Source of the DNA: Ramazzottius varieornatus
Lineage: Eukaryota > Animalia > Tardigrada
Assembly (NCBI GenBank): GCA_001949185.1
Contig: BDGG01000002.1
Location: 3,655,826 to 3,719,825 of the forward strand
Reading direction: 5' to 3'
DNA: 64,000 bases
Shown here: positions 1-12,319 of the stretch, one piece after another
Numbering within the stretch: position 1 is the stretch's first letter
How the letters are laid out: each line of letters begins with the position of its first letter
The notes under the pieces: model-generated
The model's database searches: none
Told to the model about the DNA's origin: nothing
Seen by the model: the letters and a program-made list of their open reading frames with translations, nothing else
Translations under genes and position numbers: made by a program

Positions 1-2180
1 CGGCGGTTAAATATCCGTTGCTTGTTGATTTTCCTGCCGCCAGCGTTAAGAAATTCATTCGTGCCGATACACTGCGCTGGCAGAAAAAAAAGCAAAAGAC
101 GAAACACGGCAGGTGACGATACACTTTCTGACTATACATTGATCTGATCTGTCGTCTGAATTCTTCCCAGACAATTAGAAAAACCTTCTCAATCACCACA
201 TATGAAATGCTAAAAGACGTCGCTCTTGACCTTCGGTCGGCAGATTCCGCACATATCCGGGAGGTTCTGTCGCCTGGTACTTGCTGCGCATGTCACAAAG
301 AACCACAGGTCCTCGGTAAGGGAAAAACGAAACTCGACGAGACCGATGAAAAATATGTCTTGGCCTAGGAAGAAAAAGATGTCTGCCTTTTAATTACGGC
401 GATTGCCTGCGGGTCGCGGGTGCCCGTGGAGGTTTCGACTCTGGATAAACCCCAGACAGGAAAGAGCACTGTATATGGTGAGGCGAGCCTTCCTTCGATA
501 AGGTTCGATTAATGCGGTTCAAAAGTATGAATAATTGCTTTCTCCTAAAAGTAGCACTTCAATATCTGATTTACTGTCACTAAACACAGAACATACCCAC
601 GTCACGCGCAAAATGCTAAGGTTAATTTGAGTTATTCGACTAAGTGCAGGATGTTTAAAATTTCATTGTGCAATACTGCACGGCGACATCCGAAAGGCTA
701 AGATCCCCCTCCCTGTGCTCCAACTTAGTGGGATGACATGCACAAATTCTGTTGCCGGATTAAATCTAGAAGAGCTGCGTTATCCGTTCATCGAGAATAC
801 TATAGTCTGTGATGTGCGGACTACGACTTTACGGGGACTCATATTACCTTGAACCAATATAGCGGCGCGGACTGCGAACCGTAAGCAGACATTCAGCTAC
901 TGTTCCGTACACACCTGAGAGCACAGTTCTTTGGTCCGGCAGCCTAAAATATGTGTTGTGTAAAATTCGACTCATCCGAACGAGCTCTATCACGCAACGC
1001 TGGGTAACCAGACTAGCCAGTCGGTGCTCATAATGGCCGGCGAACATCATTCAATGACCACATCAACCTTCGTGCAACAAAAGACATTATTACTGGCCTA
1101 AATCTCAAAATTCGTTCGAATGGCCGCAAGACAAAGTTCGTTGGTGGGCTTCCATCACGGAAAACGACTACTTTGGTTCAAACTACCTTCACTATTGGAA
1201 CTGCACCTTACAGAAGTTGGAAATGTTTGTGGACCTGCGGATAAGGTTTCTTCGTGGCGGCAGGCACGGTACGAGTCTTTGTCGTGAGCTCCGCCGCTCT
1301 GCTGCTCTCGATCCGAAGGGAAGATCTGGTGCACCGGTGACTGCCAAGAGTCAGATGCCATCAGCGGAGGGTTCGTAGTGCAAACAGGTTTCGAAGTTTG
1401 ACTTTCTCACTTACTGCTCAAAATTACGAACGCGGTGTGGTCTTGCCGTAGACTATGAGCGCATCCGACCGTCATTCGGACGCGTATACTTTTTCCTGAC
1501 ATTGGATTCGCAAAGCCAGATTTCTGCCGGGCGTGTCATTCATACCAGAGGCTCTATTCGAGAACCGCTGCTCTGGGTGGTTTATGTCCTAAAGTCTAAA
1601 GAATCACCACTTATATTCCATTGTCTGCGACTAGCACTTTCAGGCAGCTTACCGAACAAGTATTCGACCGGCATCACGCTTTACTACTGTCAGAACTCAG
1701 GGTAATAAATCATCGGAGAACTCTGACCGACTACGAACGATTTTCAAGAACCTTTGTCTGACCAGCAGAAAGTGTGTTGCTCGACAGCCTTATTGGAGGG
1801 ACGTGTGGCCATTACGAAGCCTCAGTATGCCAGTCGCCAAATCTCTAAATTTGTAAGGGCAAAACTCTTCACTCTGAAGTGTAAACCACGATAAAAACTC
1901 ATGTAAAAATAAGCAAGACCTCCATCCAAAGCTCGATCCAAAAAGAACTGAACGACACAGAGCACGAAGGCGTAAAGATAAGCGCCACCACGCTCAAAAA
2001 AGCCCTCCAGAAAAACGCACAACGTGAAATATTAAAACTTCGAAAACACTGGTTCTTTCCTATGAAAATCACCACTCAGCAAAAAAAATATTCTGAAATA
2101 GAGTTTCTTATTGACCTATGGAAAAAAAATCTAAAGCTTCTGAACAAGTCCTAGGTCGGTGATGTGGGGGAAAAGAAGGC

Positions 2181-5100
2181 TTATTGCAAAAGATCACCGA
2201 ACGGAGTGGCTGCGTGCTGCTGCTGTGACGATGAAGAGGTTGATGGTGAAGAAAAGGCGTCAAAATCTGGCAGGAATTCCTTGTGAGCGACACCCGACTG
2301 ACTGGCAGACCAGTTACTCGGTGGCGCTGAGACATTCGAAGCCCCAAACACACCTACCCCAAAAACACGTCTGTAACGTTCCACAAAACAAACCAACCCA
2401 ACAAGAGAAAAATTCTCAAGGAAGTTTCCCGACACACCTTGCTTATTGGCAGAGGTTGGTCGTGAAGTACCCGATCCAACTTGTCCAACTAGGGTAGTGG
2501 CCTGAAGTTGGTTCATAGGTGGCGAAAGAGGCTTCGCGTACTGCTTGGCCAGGCTCAGGTCAAGGTCGATATTCAACCCCGAACCTTTCGTCCAATCTTG
2601 AGCTGTTTTACCTGCCATCGAAGCGGGAGCCACGGGTGACGCCAACCCAGTGCCTCGTGCCTACCGGCGAACCACGTGAGGATTACATCAAGTAAAATAC
2701 AGATGTGAGCTCCTTGATACAAAACTCGACAAGACCGACTATCCAAGTGGCGCACGCTCTCAGTAATAGTGGCTGTTGGAGTACGTCACTGGGAAAAGTC
2801 AATATGACTGTCCTCCCAAGTTCAGTGATTTCAGTGATACTGCCAGCAGGCGTGCGCCACTTGGTAAAAACGATCTTGCCAAGTTGGCTTGTCCAGCTCA
2901 TATATCTCGAAAAAGTCGTTGTTTTCACCTGGGCGCTTTGAGCTGGGACTCCATACGACAAGCACATGGTGGCCGATGAGTAGTTTGGCGCGTTACTTCC
3001 CGGTCTGATCATCGTCTGTTGAGGAATGTTCCAGTGGGCACCAGAAGGATGGGGTGCGAACGTCATGCTTTGACTCTGCGGCATGGACAGCATGTTCAAG
3101 GCGTTCACGTTGGACGCAGCAGCGGGCAGAGGTTGGGCTTGGAAGCCGCTGTTCATCTGAGGTGGGAAACCTGCTGGCCGAATGCCACCAGACATGGACG
3201 GAAGTGTGGCGGAATGCGACATGCCGAAAGCTGGAACGGCGCTGGTCTGACCGGGCACGGTGAAGGCGGCGGCGGAAGGCTGGGTTGGTGCAGCTGTGGC
3301 GAACTCACCGAAATCATTATTGAGGAGGTCCAAATCCTTCGAGCTGCAGGAACGAATATGAGTTAGTGGCTGGACGAGAACCATAAGAAAGTCAGCGAAA
3401 TCCGATGGAAATACGGAAGTGTGCCGAAACGGAAATGAAAACAAACACAAAAAGCGTTTTATGAAGGTTCGAATTGGGGTGCCCCGAATCACCAACCGTG
3501 CGTGTTACCGCTAACCCACAAAACGGAGTTATGATTTATGATGAGTTATGATCAACACGTTTCAGCATACAACGATACACAGCAAGTGCGGCAGTACGCT
3601 ACTGGTACGCAGTCGGAAACTACTGTGATGCTTCTTGAACTTCGTAAACTGACGTCACAGAACGCGTAGAGTTTACGGCTAAGGTGATGCACACAGCACA
3701 CGCTTACTATGACTAAATTCGCTTAGTTCAAGAAGCATTACAGTATTCGCGGAGCGGCACCCTAACGGGTACTGTTGCCGCTGAGAGAGGCTAAAAGGGA
3801 AGAAAACGGGAACTGGGATGATGGCAGCGCGTATCCCAAGTTCCCAACCATTGACTTACTCCCTGTGACTCACAATACAATGATACAGCCTTATCTTCTT
3901 CTTCTGCGAGAGCTCCGCCCAAAAGGCTGGCCTTCCAGCGAAGCGCTTTAGCATGAATCGTACAGTGTACGACAAAATAAACCGTTAAAAATGGGTGTAT
4001 GGAGCCAGATGGTCAAAGCCAATGAAATTTTCGCATACAGCAAAACCTAATTCTCATTGGCTGAGGGGTAAGTAAGCTCAGCTGGAGTCATACGCCCATT
4101 TTTAACGGTTAATTTTGTCGTACACTGCAGACCACTTGAGTCATCGAAAAAAGCTGTTCAGGCATTCAAAGCCCTTAAATTGGGGCAAACTATGGCAAGC
4201 CTAAGCTCATGACGGAAGATCAAAGAGAAATTTCTTGGCACCGAAAGTGGTCTCTACCATTAGTCATCTGCTGTACGTACAGGCATAGTGCATTATTATA
4301 CCCTGTTGATCGTGCAGTGCCGTCAACTGGTACTATCAACAGGGTTATCAATTCCGTATTAATCAATACGCCAACATCTTCGCATGATTAGTACAGAATT
4401 GATTGATTAAATCCGAAATCACGACTCATGACTCATCAAAACCTGGAAAAATTCGTCAAAAGAATTAGAAAAATCAGAAAAACTCGGGGAATCATCCTGA
4501 GTAAAGGGTCGTGCTGTCTGGAGCTCGAGCTCCCTCTGATGAGTTTGCGATTCAGAGCCCCTTGGGTACTTTGACCTACTTTCGCTTCTCCTCAGTCACA
4601 TTCCATTCACAAGCTTATCTCCACTAATGTTGTACTTTGCCCTTCACTGAGCAAAGTTCAGCAGAGGGGTTTATAGACACAATTACGAACAAAACCAGCT
4701 CCGCAACGACAGCTCGTGCCCAAAAATCCCATGTTAGACCACCTGAAGAGGTTTGACATGGGGTATCAAGTCGCATGCAAGGTTGTATTACTAAGCTCTG
4801 CGAGCATTACGTAATAGCCTCACACTATATCGGCGGCAACAAAAGTACGAGGTGAGCGATTTCAGTTCCTGTTCCAGTTCCTCGGTCGTAGGAGTTTCAG
4901 TTCTTATTCCAGTTCCAGTTCCGGAACTGATAGAACACTGGTAGGCGGCATGGAGATATCCAGCGAAAATTTCCGGCATGGAAATATCCACGAGGCATTG
5001 CTGAAAATGGTTGATTGCTTGATCATGGTACGTCAAATGGGCGTACGACCGCCTTCCCTCCAAGACAGATATCTCCCCGGTTTTGCTCCCTATGAGCTTC

Positions 5101-6865
5101 CGGTTTGTTTCAGAAGGATCAAAACAGGCCGATCTTTATTTGGAAACCAGGAAAATGTAACTTGAAGCAGCAGAAGCTAAGATCAGACCTGGATATCTCC
5201 ATGCCGGCCACCTCATAGAGTACTGTACAAACCTAACCGGGAGTCTTCTAGTTCTTGCCCTTGATATTTTCCTCCCCGATCAGTAATGACACTCACTTTA
5301 TGGTGCAGACTTACCCCGGTGGTGCAGGCGTTCCTTTGAAGCTTTTCGTGAAGTTAATCTTGGTCAGCCCTTCAATGAAATCATCTGGCGACGAATCATT
5401 CTTCGGAGCCGCATTCCCTTCCGTCCGAGCACTAAAAGAATCAAAGTAAGTATGCAAAAAAAGACGAAGAAAATCTACCAGTTACTGTGAACTGATCTCT
5501 ACCTGGCGAAATCAGCCCAGTCTTCTGCGCTATGGCTGGCCGATGCTGCCTTCGGTCCAGCTCCCGCCGGACTGACTCTCCCCACATCCTCACCAAAGTC
5601 AGCAGTCAAAAGGTCCTTATTACCCACGCTGGACACCGACCGTGGCCTGTTGTCCACTTTCGCCTCTACTCCGGTCGGAGTCTTGGTTCTGACAGAGTCA
5701 GGCTTGTCTTCGATCTTGCGGCCAATGGGTTTCAGCTGCTTGACAGGCGCCTTCCGATGGCTGCGAGTCCCACCATCAGAATCAGCTCCGCCGTTGTCAT
5801 CGTGGAACTCATACGCAGGATCGCCGTTATCTTCAGGATCGCTGTCGTAGTTTTTCCGAGCTGCAGAAGGCGAGTCGGAAGGCGACCAGGACTTGCGGTT
5901 ACTTCCACCCCCGCCAGAATAACCACCACCTACAAAAACCCAAACACTACTCACCGGAAGTCGCGGAAAATTTTCCATCCGAATTATAAACAAGATTTCT
6001 TGTAGCGTTCAAAATTTCCGTGTCTTCCCGCACCTCCTCGTCGCATACTGGCTTCATCAGCAGACAAGCCAATGTATTTATCTTTCGTCTTGCGGGCCTT
6101 CTTCCTTTCGTCGCGAAGACGCTGATCATCTTGAAGCAAGTCCACAATTTCCTTCACCCTGTTCCGCACTAAAACAAATAAATCTTTCGTACAGCATCAT
6201 AACAACCTATTACACTGGTTCAGACGCCAGCATGCAGCTCGACCAAAATAATAGCAATTCAGTGAAAGTCGAACAGTGATTACCGTTCAAGCCTTGGTCT
6301 TTCCCAACCTCGTCAATGAATTTATAATGCTCCAAACTCTTCAAATCGAACATATGCTCTTTTCCACTGGTCACGACACGTTCTGCGCCGTTCCTCAGAA
6401 GGTAACCCAGCAGTAGCAAACTCTGCAAGACGGAAAAAAAAATTTGCAACACACGACTACTCAACAGGAAATCTTTACCTTGTAGACACGTCGCCAGTTT
6501 GCTTTATTATCTATCAACATCCGCTTCCACAACATGCTCATAACTTCATGGTAATGTTCCCCACTGTAAGTCATCTGTGATAGCTCCTGCATCTGGGGAC
6601 CAGTCGGACCTGGAATAACAGCTAACGATTCTTGAATACCAGCCAGAATAGAAGTTCCTTCACACTCAATCAAGTGATCAAATGGACGATTAAGCGATAA
6701 ATTACCCCACGGATCCTCGTTGGTCGCTTCTCTGACTTTTGCTTCCACTTCGGTGTAGTTCATCACCATGTTCACCCTTAAATATGAGAAGTATCAAAAC
6801 CAAGCAACCTGGAAAATGCAGCAGCAAACTCACACTTGGTCAGTCAGCTCCCGAATTTTCCACAT
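2181..6865 (-). CDS. CLINT1: Clathrin interactor 1 / epsinR (ENTH-domain protein), multi-exon
   Basis: ATG at 6865 gives MWKIRELTDQV|VNMVMNYTEVEAKVREATNEDPWG|PTGPQMQE...MLWKRML...NWRRVYK|SLLLLGYLLRNGAERVV...DQGLN|VRNRVKEIVDLLQDDQRLRDERKKARKTKDKYIG, the epsinR-type ENTH domain. It is followed by DLL/DFG/DWADF-type motifs and a Met/Pro-rich tail ending at 2181. Introns are GT-AG; internal boundaries are approximate. Confidence 0.92.
2731..2877. repeat. Hairpin family copy (tandem dimer) in CLINT1 intron
   Basis: aagaccgactatccAAGTGGCGCAC...GTGCGCCACTTggtaaaaacgatctt, lying inside the intron at ~2664-2928. Confidence 0.75.
3621..3745. mobile_element. Small MITE-like element, 21-bp TIR, TA ends
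   Basis: tactgtgatgcttcttgaact (3621-3641) is the reverse complement of agttcaagaagcattacagta (3725-3745) at 20/21 positions. Intronic in CLINT1. Confidence 0.65.
3963..4127. mobile_element. 165-bp Tc1/mariner-type MITE, copy 1 (CLINT1 intron)
   Basis: TIRs cagtgtacgacaaaataaaccgttaaaaatggg / cccatttttaacggttaattttgtcgtacactg with TA on the left flank. A near-identical second copy is at 14324-14488. Confidence 0.9.
4940..5212. mobile_element. MITE-like element with an 18-bp perfect inverted repeat
   Basis: cggcatggagatatccag (4946-4963) is inverted at 5189-5206, with a degenerate internal copy at ~4973-4990. TSD unclear. Confidence 0.55.
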
Positions 6866-7882
6866 TTTTTCCGACGGATTTCCCAATGGAATTATGGAGT
6901 ATCACAGCCGATCTCGAACAACAGGTCTATTGCACCGGACGATTCCACGCTTCGGTTGATCACGCAAAAGGACGCTGAGCAGGTAATATCGCATTGAAGT
7001 CTCCAGGTCACGTAGATGTGCCGAGGCCTGAGGAGCTTCTCGACGAGAGGAGCACGATCATCCAAGAGGCAACCGTCGTCTGCGACTCTGCGTCCAACTC
7101 GCTGATCTTCCCTCCACCGCCGTCCGTCAATCAAGGTAGCATGTAGAGTAAAGTATCGTGGCAACTCTTCCGGGATTCGTGGGGTAAGCCCTAAAAATAA
7201 ACTTGAACGATTTGCGGTGACTAAGGATGAAGAATGGAAGATGGTCTCCTTATGATGTGGCGCACGTCCTCAGGAGGACGTACGTAACACGTACGCCACA
7301 CTGTATACCTGAACAGGTGGTTCGACTCGGATTTACCAGACGGACATCAGCCCGAGTCGACCAGTTCCGTTTTCGTGTGATCGGCGCACTACGTAATACA
7401 TTACGCGGCTTCAACTGCCCAAAGGTCCTAGTTCCTACGTACGCTTTAGTATCAAACGAAGCTTTATAAGACTACTTTTTCTTCAGACACGGAAACGACT
7501 GAAGATATTTTGAGGTTGCATGTTTTTCTGCTGGTCTTTGAAAGTGTCGACAGGTGCAGCGTGCAGGTCGTTACGGTAAATTAGCTCGGCCGAAAGTTCG
7601 GCTCGAAAGCTCATTTAACCGTCGTCAAAGTTCCCCGCGATAAACCTGAATATCGGGGCACGTTTTGCCAGATTGCCATAATATCGGTATTTAATAATAG
7701 GAAACCGTTTCTGCAAGCTTGCGCGGCCGGCTGCCTTGGCAAGGAGATTTCCAAACGAGTATAATTTTCTCGACTTAAAAAAAAACATGCTACGCAGACT
7801 ACATTCCTTTCTAGTCTGACGCAAAATAAATGTAAAACTTCCGTTCTAAAACCTCGATACTGGTAGTACCACATGTCGAGAA

Positions 7883-9430
7883 TCAACAGAAAACGCTGCC
7901 GCTGGAATTAAGACAGAAAAGTGCAGAAGCAAATGCGACCGCCTGGAATGGGCCCACGTCAATTAATTCTGGAAGAAGAACACGTCGAGTTCTTTGGCGA
8001 GTGTGGGCGCGTCGAGCTGATCCAGCCAACCGCAAAGCTTGGCGGAGTTCGACGGCAATCAGGACTGCGATACTGTATGTCTGACTTTCCTTCGTCCATA
8101 GGACTTCGAACCGACCCATTAGGGCGTCAACGGAAGACAACGGCTCTTCGAACTCTTTACACTTGAAGTGTCCGCGGATGATGTCGGTGTAAACCTGGCG
8201 CGTCAAATCGTCGTACTTTCCCGAATACTTCCTTCGAACCGTTAAGGATTTTCATGAAGGGAAGACAAAAAGAAAAAATACGGGAAGTGACGATGCACAC
8301 TGAACCATAATCTTTTCCCAAGTGGCGTCAAAGTGAACTTGGGTGGCGTGCACTTGCCGCCAAACACAACCTCGACTCCTGAACGTGTCAAAACAACCTA
8401 GACGACCGATTACAATCTGGGGAAAAACATGGTCGGAATTCAATCGCGTACGAAGAATGTGAGATTTGCAGAAGGGTACGATTCGGAATTCGGGAAATTA
8501 TATCGGTAGATTGTACACGTACCTTTTCTTCCTTTCCGACATCGCGGACAGCTTTCAGAACAGGAACAGGTGGGGAATGCTCGGTATACTGCAACGACAT
8601 CATGGCGTTCGAAATACACCCAGCCTCCCACCGCATCGCTGGGACGAAAATCTGCCATCCGATGACTTCCATCATGCGATCCCCACCAGTGGCAGAATCT
8701 TTGATGTGACCGTGGAGCGGACGTCCAAATCTCTCCAGGACACAAAAGAGAAAACTGAAGGCTTTGAAGCCTCCTTGTCCGCGCTCGATGTAGACCTGCT
8801 TCGGGTCACACAGGCGCTGAAGATCGCTGTCAAACATGGTGTGGGCTCTCCGAATGTCTTCCCCGTCGAGCCTGTTGAAAATTGGCAGGCGCAGAAAATC
8901 CTTCCCTCCTCCAGCTTCAATTTCTTTTTGAAGCGAAAATACACACCAAACTCTAGTCCCGCAAAGACAGAAGAAAGTGCAAACTCTTACCGCGAGACGA
9001 GTGAGAGCGCTGAAAACCAAAGTACGAGTTCCGAATTCGGGAATCAACGACTGAAAACGCTCGTGCGAAATGATCTTGCACTCCGTCTTGTGTCGATCGT
9101 TCCAAACTGAATCCTACACGAAAGAAATATTTGATCTCGCACACGAAGCAAACTTGCTAAAGGTTTCTCGAACATCTGGATAAGCTGTGTTTTCGCACCT
9201 GGCATTCTTTCGAGCAGTAACAGACGTAGTGACATTCCGCGCAGCGTTCTAGGTTTCCGGAGCTGGGTGTGCCTCACTTTTTGCTGCTGGTGCAGGCGGT
9301 GGCTTCTTCGGTCCAGATTTTTTCGAAGCGTCCTTTTTCTTCATCTTGATCGCGGGCTCAAAGTTGCAGCGGATGAGAGAGCTTGTTCAGCCACGCGACA
9401 AGGCAACGAAAAGAGATCCTCTCTGGATGA
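7883..9430 (-). pseudogene. Degenerate SET-MYND (SMYD-like) gene, copy A
   Basis: MYND half NLERCAECHYVCYCSKECQ|DSVWNDRHKTECK. SET-like C-terminal half WQIFVPAMRWEAGCISNA...VLKAVRDVGKEEK|IVIGRL. There is an in-frame stop just upstream of the MYND cysteines (~9275), and an acceptor reads ttcaa where paralogue B has ttcag (~8930). Confidence 0.65.
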
Positions 9431-9849
9431 TGACTACAGGAATGAGGAATCTAGCTGAATGAAAAACCCACCCATGATGGCCCATCAGCATCAGGTGAGG
9501 AGGCGCGCCCGGCGTGGTCGAGGTCATATGCCGTACTTCGTTTGACTGCTTTACTTTAAAGTACCGATCTACTGCAGTGGGACAGTTTTGGGTCCAGATG
9601 CGTGTAAAGTGAGCATTGTAGTCCATTTCTCCGCACTCATGTGCCGAGAAACTTTTTCCGTTCCAAATCTTCACTCCCATGAATGATCCATTTCGCCACA
9701 TCGCGGATCATGGAATTTCGGAAACATGATACTTGGCCCAGGTGGTCCACGAGACGAGATATCAAATACCTAGACCATGTCACCACGCCTCGGTCATTCA
9801 AAGACACGGAACCATAGACGGGATAGAAAACACGTTTTCACGTTTTCAA

Positions 9850-9920
9850 GTAAGAATCCAGTAAAATGAAAACGAAAGAAGCAGCACGTTCTTTCGTTCT
9901 CATTTTTACTGGATTCTTAC
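9850..9920. repeat. Near-perfect 71-bp palindrome/hairpin
   Basis: gtaagaatccagtaaaatgaaaacgaaagaa-gcagcacg-ttctttcgttctcatttttactggattcttac forms a ~31-bp stem with an 8-nt loop. Confidence 0.8.
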
Positions 9921-10328
9921 CGGAGAGACGCCCAGGAAACTGATCAAGTCGAAAACTATACTTATAGTGTCATGGCCAGGAGAGAAAACTTGTCTTGCTC
10001 AAGAAAAGAACCGCCCGTTGTCCAGATGACCATGACCACACCGAGAATGACATCGTATTTTTATCGTCTGAGCGAAACAGTGCTGTCCAAAAGGAAGAAC
10101 GATTTGCTTATTCTTGTTCTTGTAACGGCACGAGAAAAAATGCGTAGTGAACTGCAGTTGCAGTCTTACAGAATCTGATGTTAACATTTTTGCTGGGAGC
10201 TTTTCGTCCATTCAGCCCCACACCGCCACTTGGTGAACGATTCACGAAACGAACTGGCGAAGACCGATATGGTACCCAAGTGATCTTCGTAGCAGGACGT
10301 TTCAACTTTCAAGCAAAGAAAATGGAGA

Positions 10329-12319
10329 CTAAAATTTGGTAACCCGTCCCATGAACACGATTAACCCAGATCGCTCGTGGCGAATCGCAAAAAGGAATGG
10401 GTGGTCAACTCGAAATTCGATAGGTGGCCGATCGTCCGAAGATGTCATGAGAGACATTAGCATTATTTGCATCCCCGTAGCTGCGGCGGCCTCGGTTCCC
10501 TCTTCATCGACCTCTACACATGAAAACACATCAGCATCTACGCAGATCTTTCAGTCATTTTTGCCCTGGGAACAGTGATTTGCCGTACCCAATTAAGGTA
10601 TGGAGCGTGAATGTGTGCCCCTACCCCCGGGGCCTCGCCAGATTTAGAATTGGATTTCTCGCCATCCTTTAGCGCACTTTAACGGCTGTCACATCCCAGC
10701 GTATTCTGAAAATGGTTTAGTTACTTTGAAACCAGCGCGTGCTAGACTGTGGCCAAAGCTTTAGCTTTAGATTCGCGTGTCTTGGCGCGACAACTTGTGC
10801 TTCGGTATATTTGCAGTAACGTAGCTGATTGCAGTTTAGAATCTCGAGCGATTCTCAATACCGAGATACTTCATGTTCTGTTAAGGTCGGATTCACAACA
10901 GGGATGGGAGCACTCTTGAACCAGGAAATTGCTGTGCCGCTACTCAGATCACTTCCTCTAGATACCTTGACTGATCTTCTCAATGTAGGTACCGTTTTGC
11001 ATGTTTTGATTGAGAGGATTCGCTCTTGGTCATCCCGCTTCCGGGGAGATTCTCGCGCCAAGACACGCGAATCTAAAGCTAAAGCTTTGGCCACAGTCTA
11101 GCACGCGCTGGTTTCAAAGTAACTAAACCATTTTTAGAATACGCTGGGATGTGACAGCCGTTAAAGTGCGCTAAAGGATGGCGAGAAATCCAATTTCTAA
11201 ATCGGGCGGGGCCCGAGGTAGGGGCAGAAATTCACGCTCGATATCTTCAAGTGGGTACGGCGAATCATTGCCTGGGAAGAACGTCTTCCACAGTCAGATC
11301 TAGTGGAACTTACTAATGAACGTCTTATGTACGACCTTCGACACCATCAGTTTGCCATCTGTAATTCCGCTCAGGTCGGCTTCTCGGCTGAACAACTGCT
11401 GGATACCCAACTTCTTCAAGGTGGCTATCAGGTCCAGGTTCTTTTCGATCTTGAATCTTGGCAAGTATAAATTAGCCAAACGATGATCCTCCGAGCCTAC
11501 GTTCATTGCCTTGAAGCTATCAGTCTTCAGGGCGTTCTCCAATGCCGTTAAGCCTTTATTGTCTTTAGGCAAAACTACCAGCAAAGACAAATCCTTATCT
11601 TTGTAAGGAATCGACAAGGCATGAAAAGGCGGAAGTCCGTTTTTCGAGCCGTCCAAGTTGTCAAAGTACTTGTACCGTTCTCCCGATAATCTCATCATCT
11701 TGACCTTTGTCTTCGATCCATCCAGCGCAGTGAAATCTTCATCCTTAGTTTGGCTCTTGGGGAAAGGTTCCTCCCATCTGGCTTTGAAGTGGATGGCGTT
11801 GACTAAAATCATCAAGGTTGCAGGGCCGACGCTGTCTTCCGTGATCAAGTTCTTGATCTTGTTGGCGGTCTGTTGCTCGACCCATTGGTTGATTGCTTTT
11901 GCAGCACCGGTTGCGTTGTGCTGAAAGTCGACTACGCCGACGGTCGACTGCAGCTTGCTGAAAACGGTGGAAATGTAGGATTGTTTGATCTCGGCAGACT
12001 TCTCGACGTAGGCACGGTTGGCTAAGCTAAAGTTATAGGGGGAGTTCTTCGGGACGTTGAAGATGGAGATGACGTTGCCGAACGAGTCGAGGACCTGCTG
12101 GTCCTTGCCGGACTGGAGATTCAGCGCCTGGCTGATCTCATTCTGGGTCACTCCCTTTGCGCCGGCGTAAGCTAGGAACAACACAGAAGCAATGCTAAGG
12201 GGCGACAGGAATAGGTTGTCGGAAGAAGTGGTCGCGATGCTCTGGTAGATGTTTGTGGAGAAACCGTTTAGCGACTGCTGAATCGAGGAATCAACTAATG
12301 AAGAGCTGGAGGGACTCAT
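10329..12319 (-). CDS. Serpin (inhibitory type, probably intracellular), 2 exons (12319-11314, 10513-10329)
   Basis: Motifs NLFLSPLSI, INQWVEQQTANKIKNL, LVNAIHFKARWEEPF, LPRFKIE, ADLSGI, VVHKTFI|KVDEEGTEAAAAT (hinge) and FRVDHPFLFAIR. No signal peptide follows the first ATG. Confidence 0.95.
10573..11270. mobile_element. hAT-type foldback non-autonomous element in the serpin intron
   Basis: Inverted arms of ~218 bp (10573-10790 / 11053-11270), CA...TG termini and a perfect 8-bp TSD cctgggaa (10565-10572, 11271-11278). Confidence 0.92.

Noticed and set aside
1-2100. Short ORFs and splice-like signals at the window start
   Set aside because: No recognisable domain or consistent exon chain. 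Probably CLINT1 3' UTR plus intergenic DNA or part of a gene beyond the window.
8466-9110. 214-aa + strand ORF
   Set aside because: Antisense shadow of the SMYD-like A exons, with no protein motifs.
10829-11101. Overlapping ORFs on both strands in the serpin intron
   Set aside because: They lie within the foldback element and show no transposase motifs.
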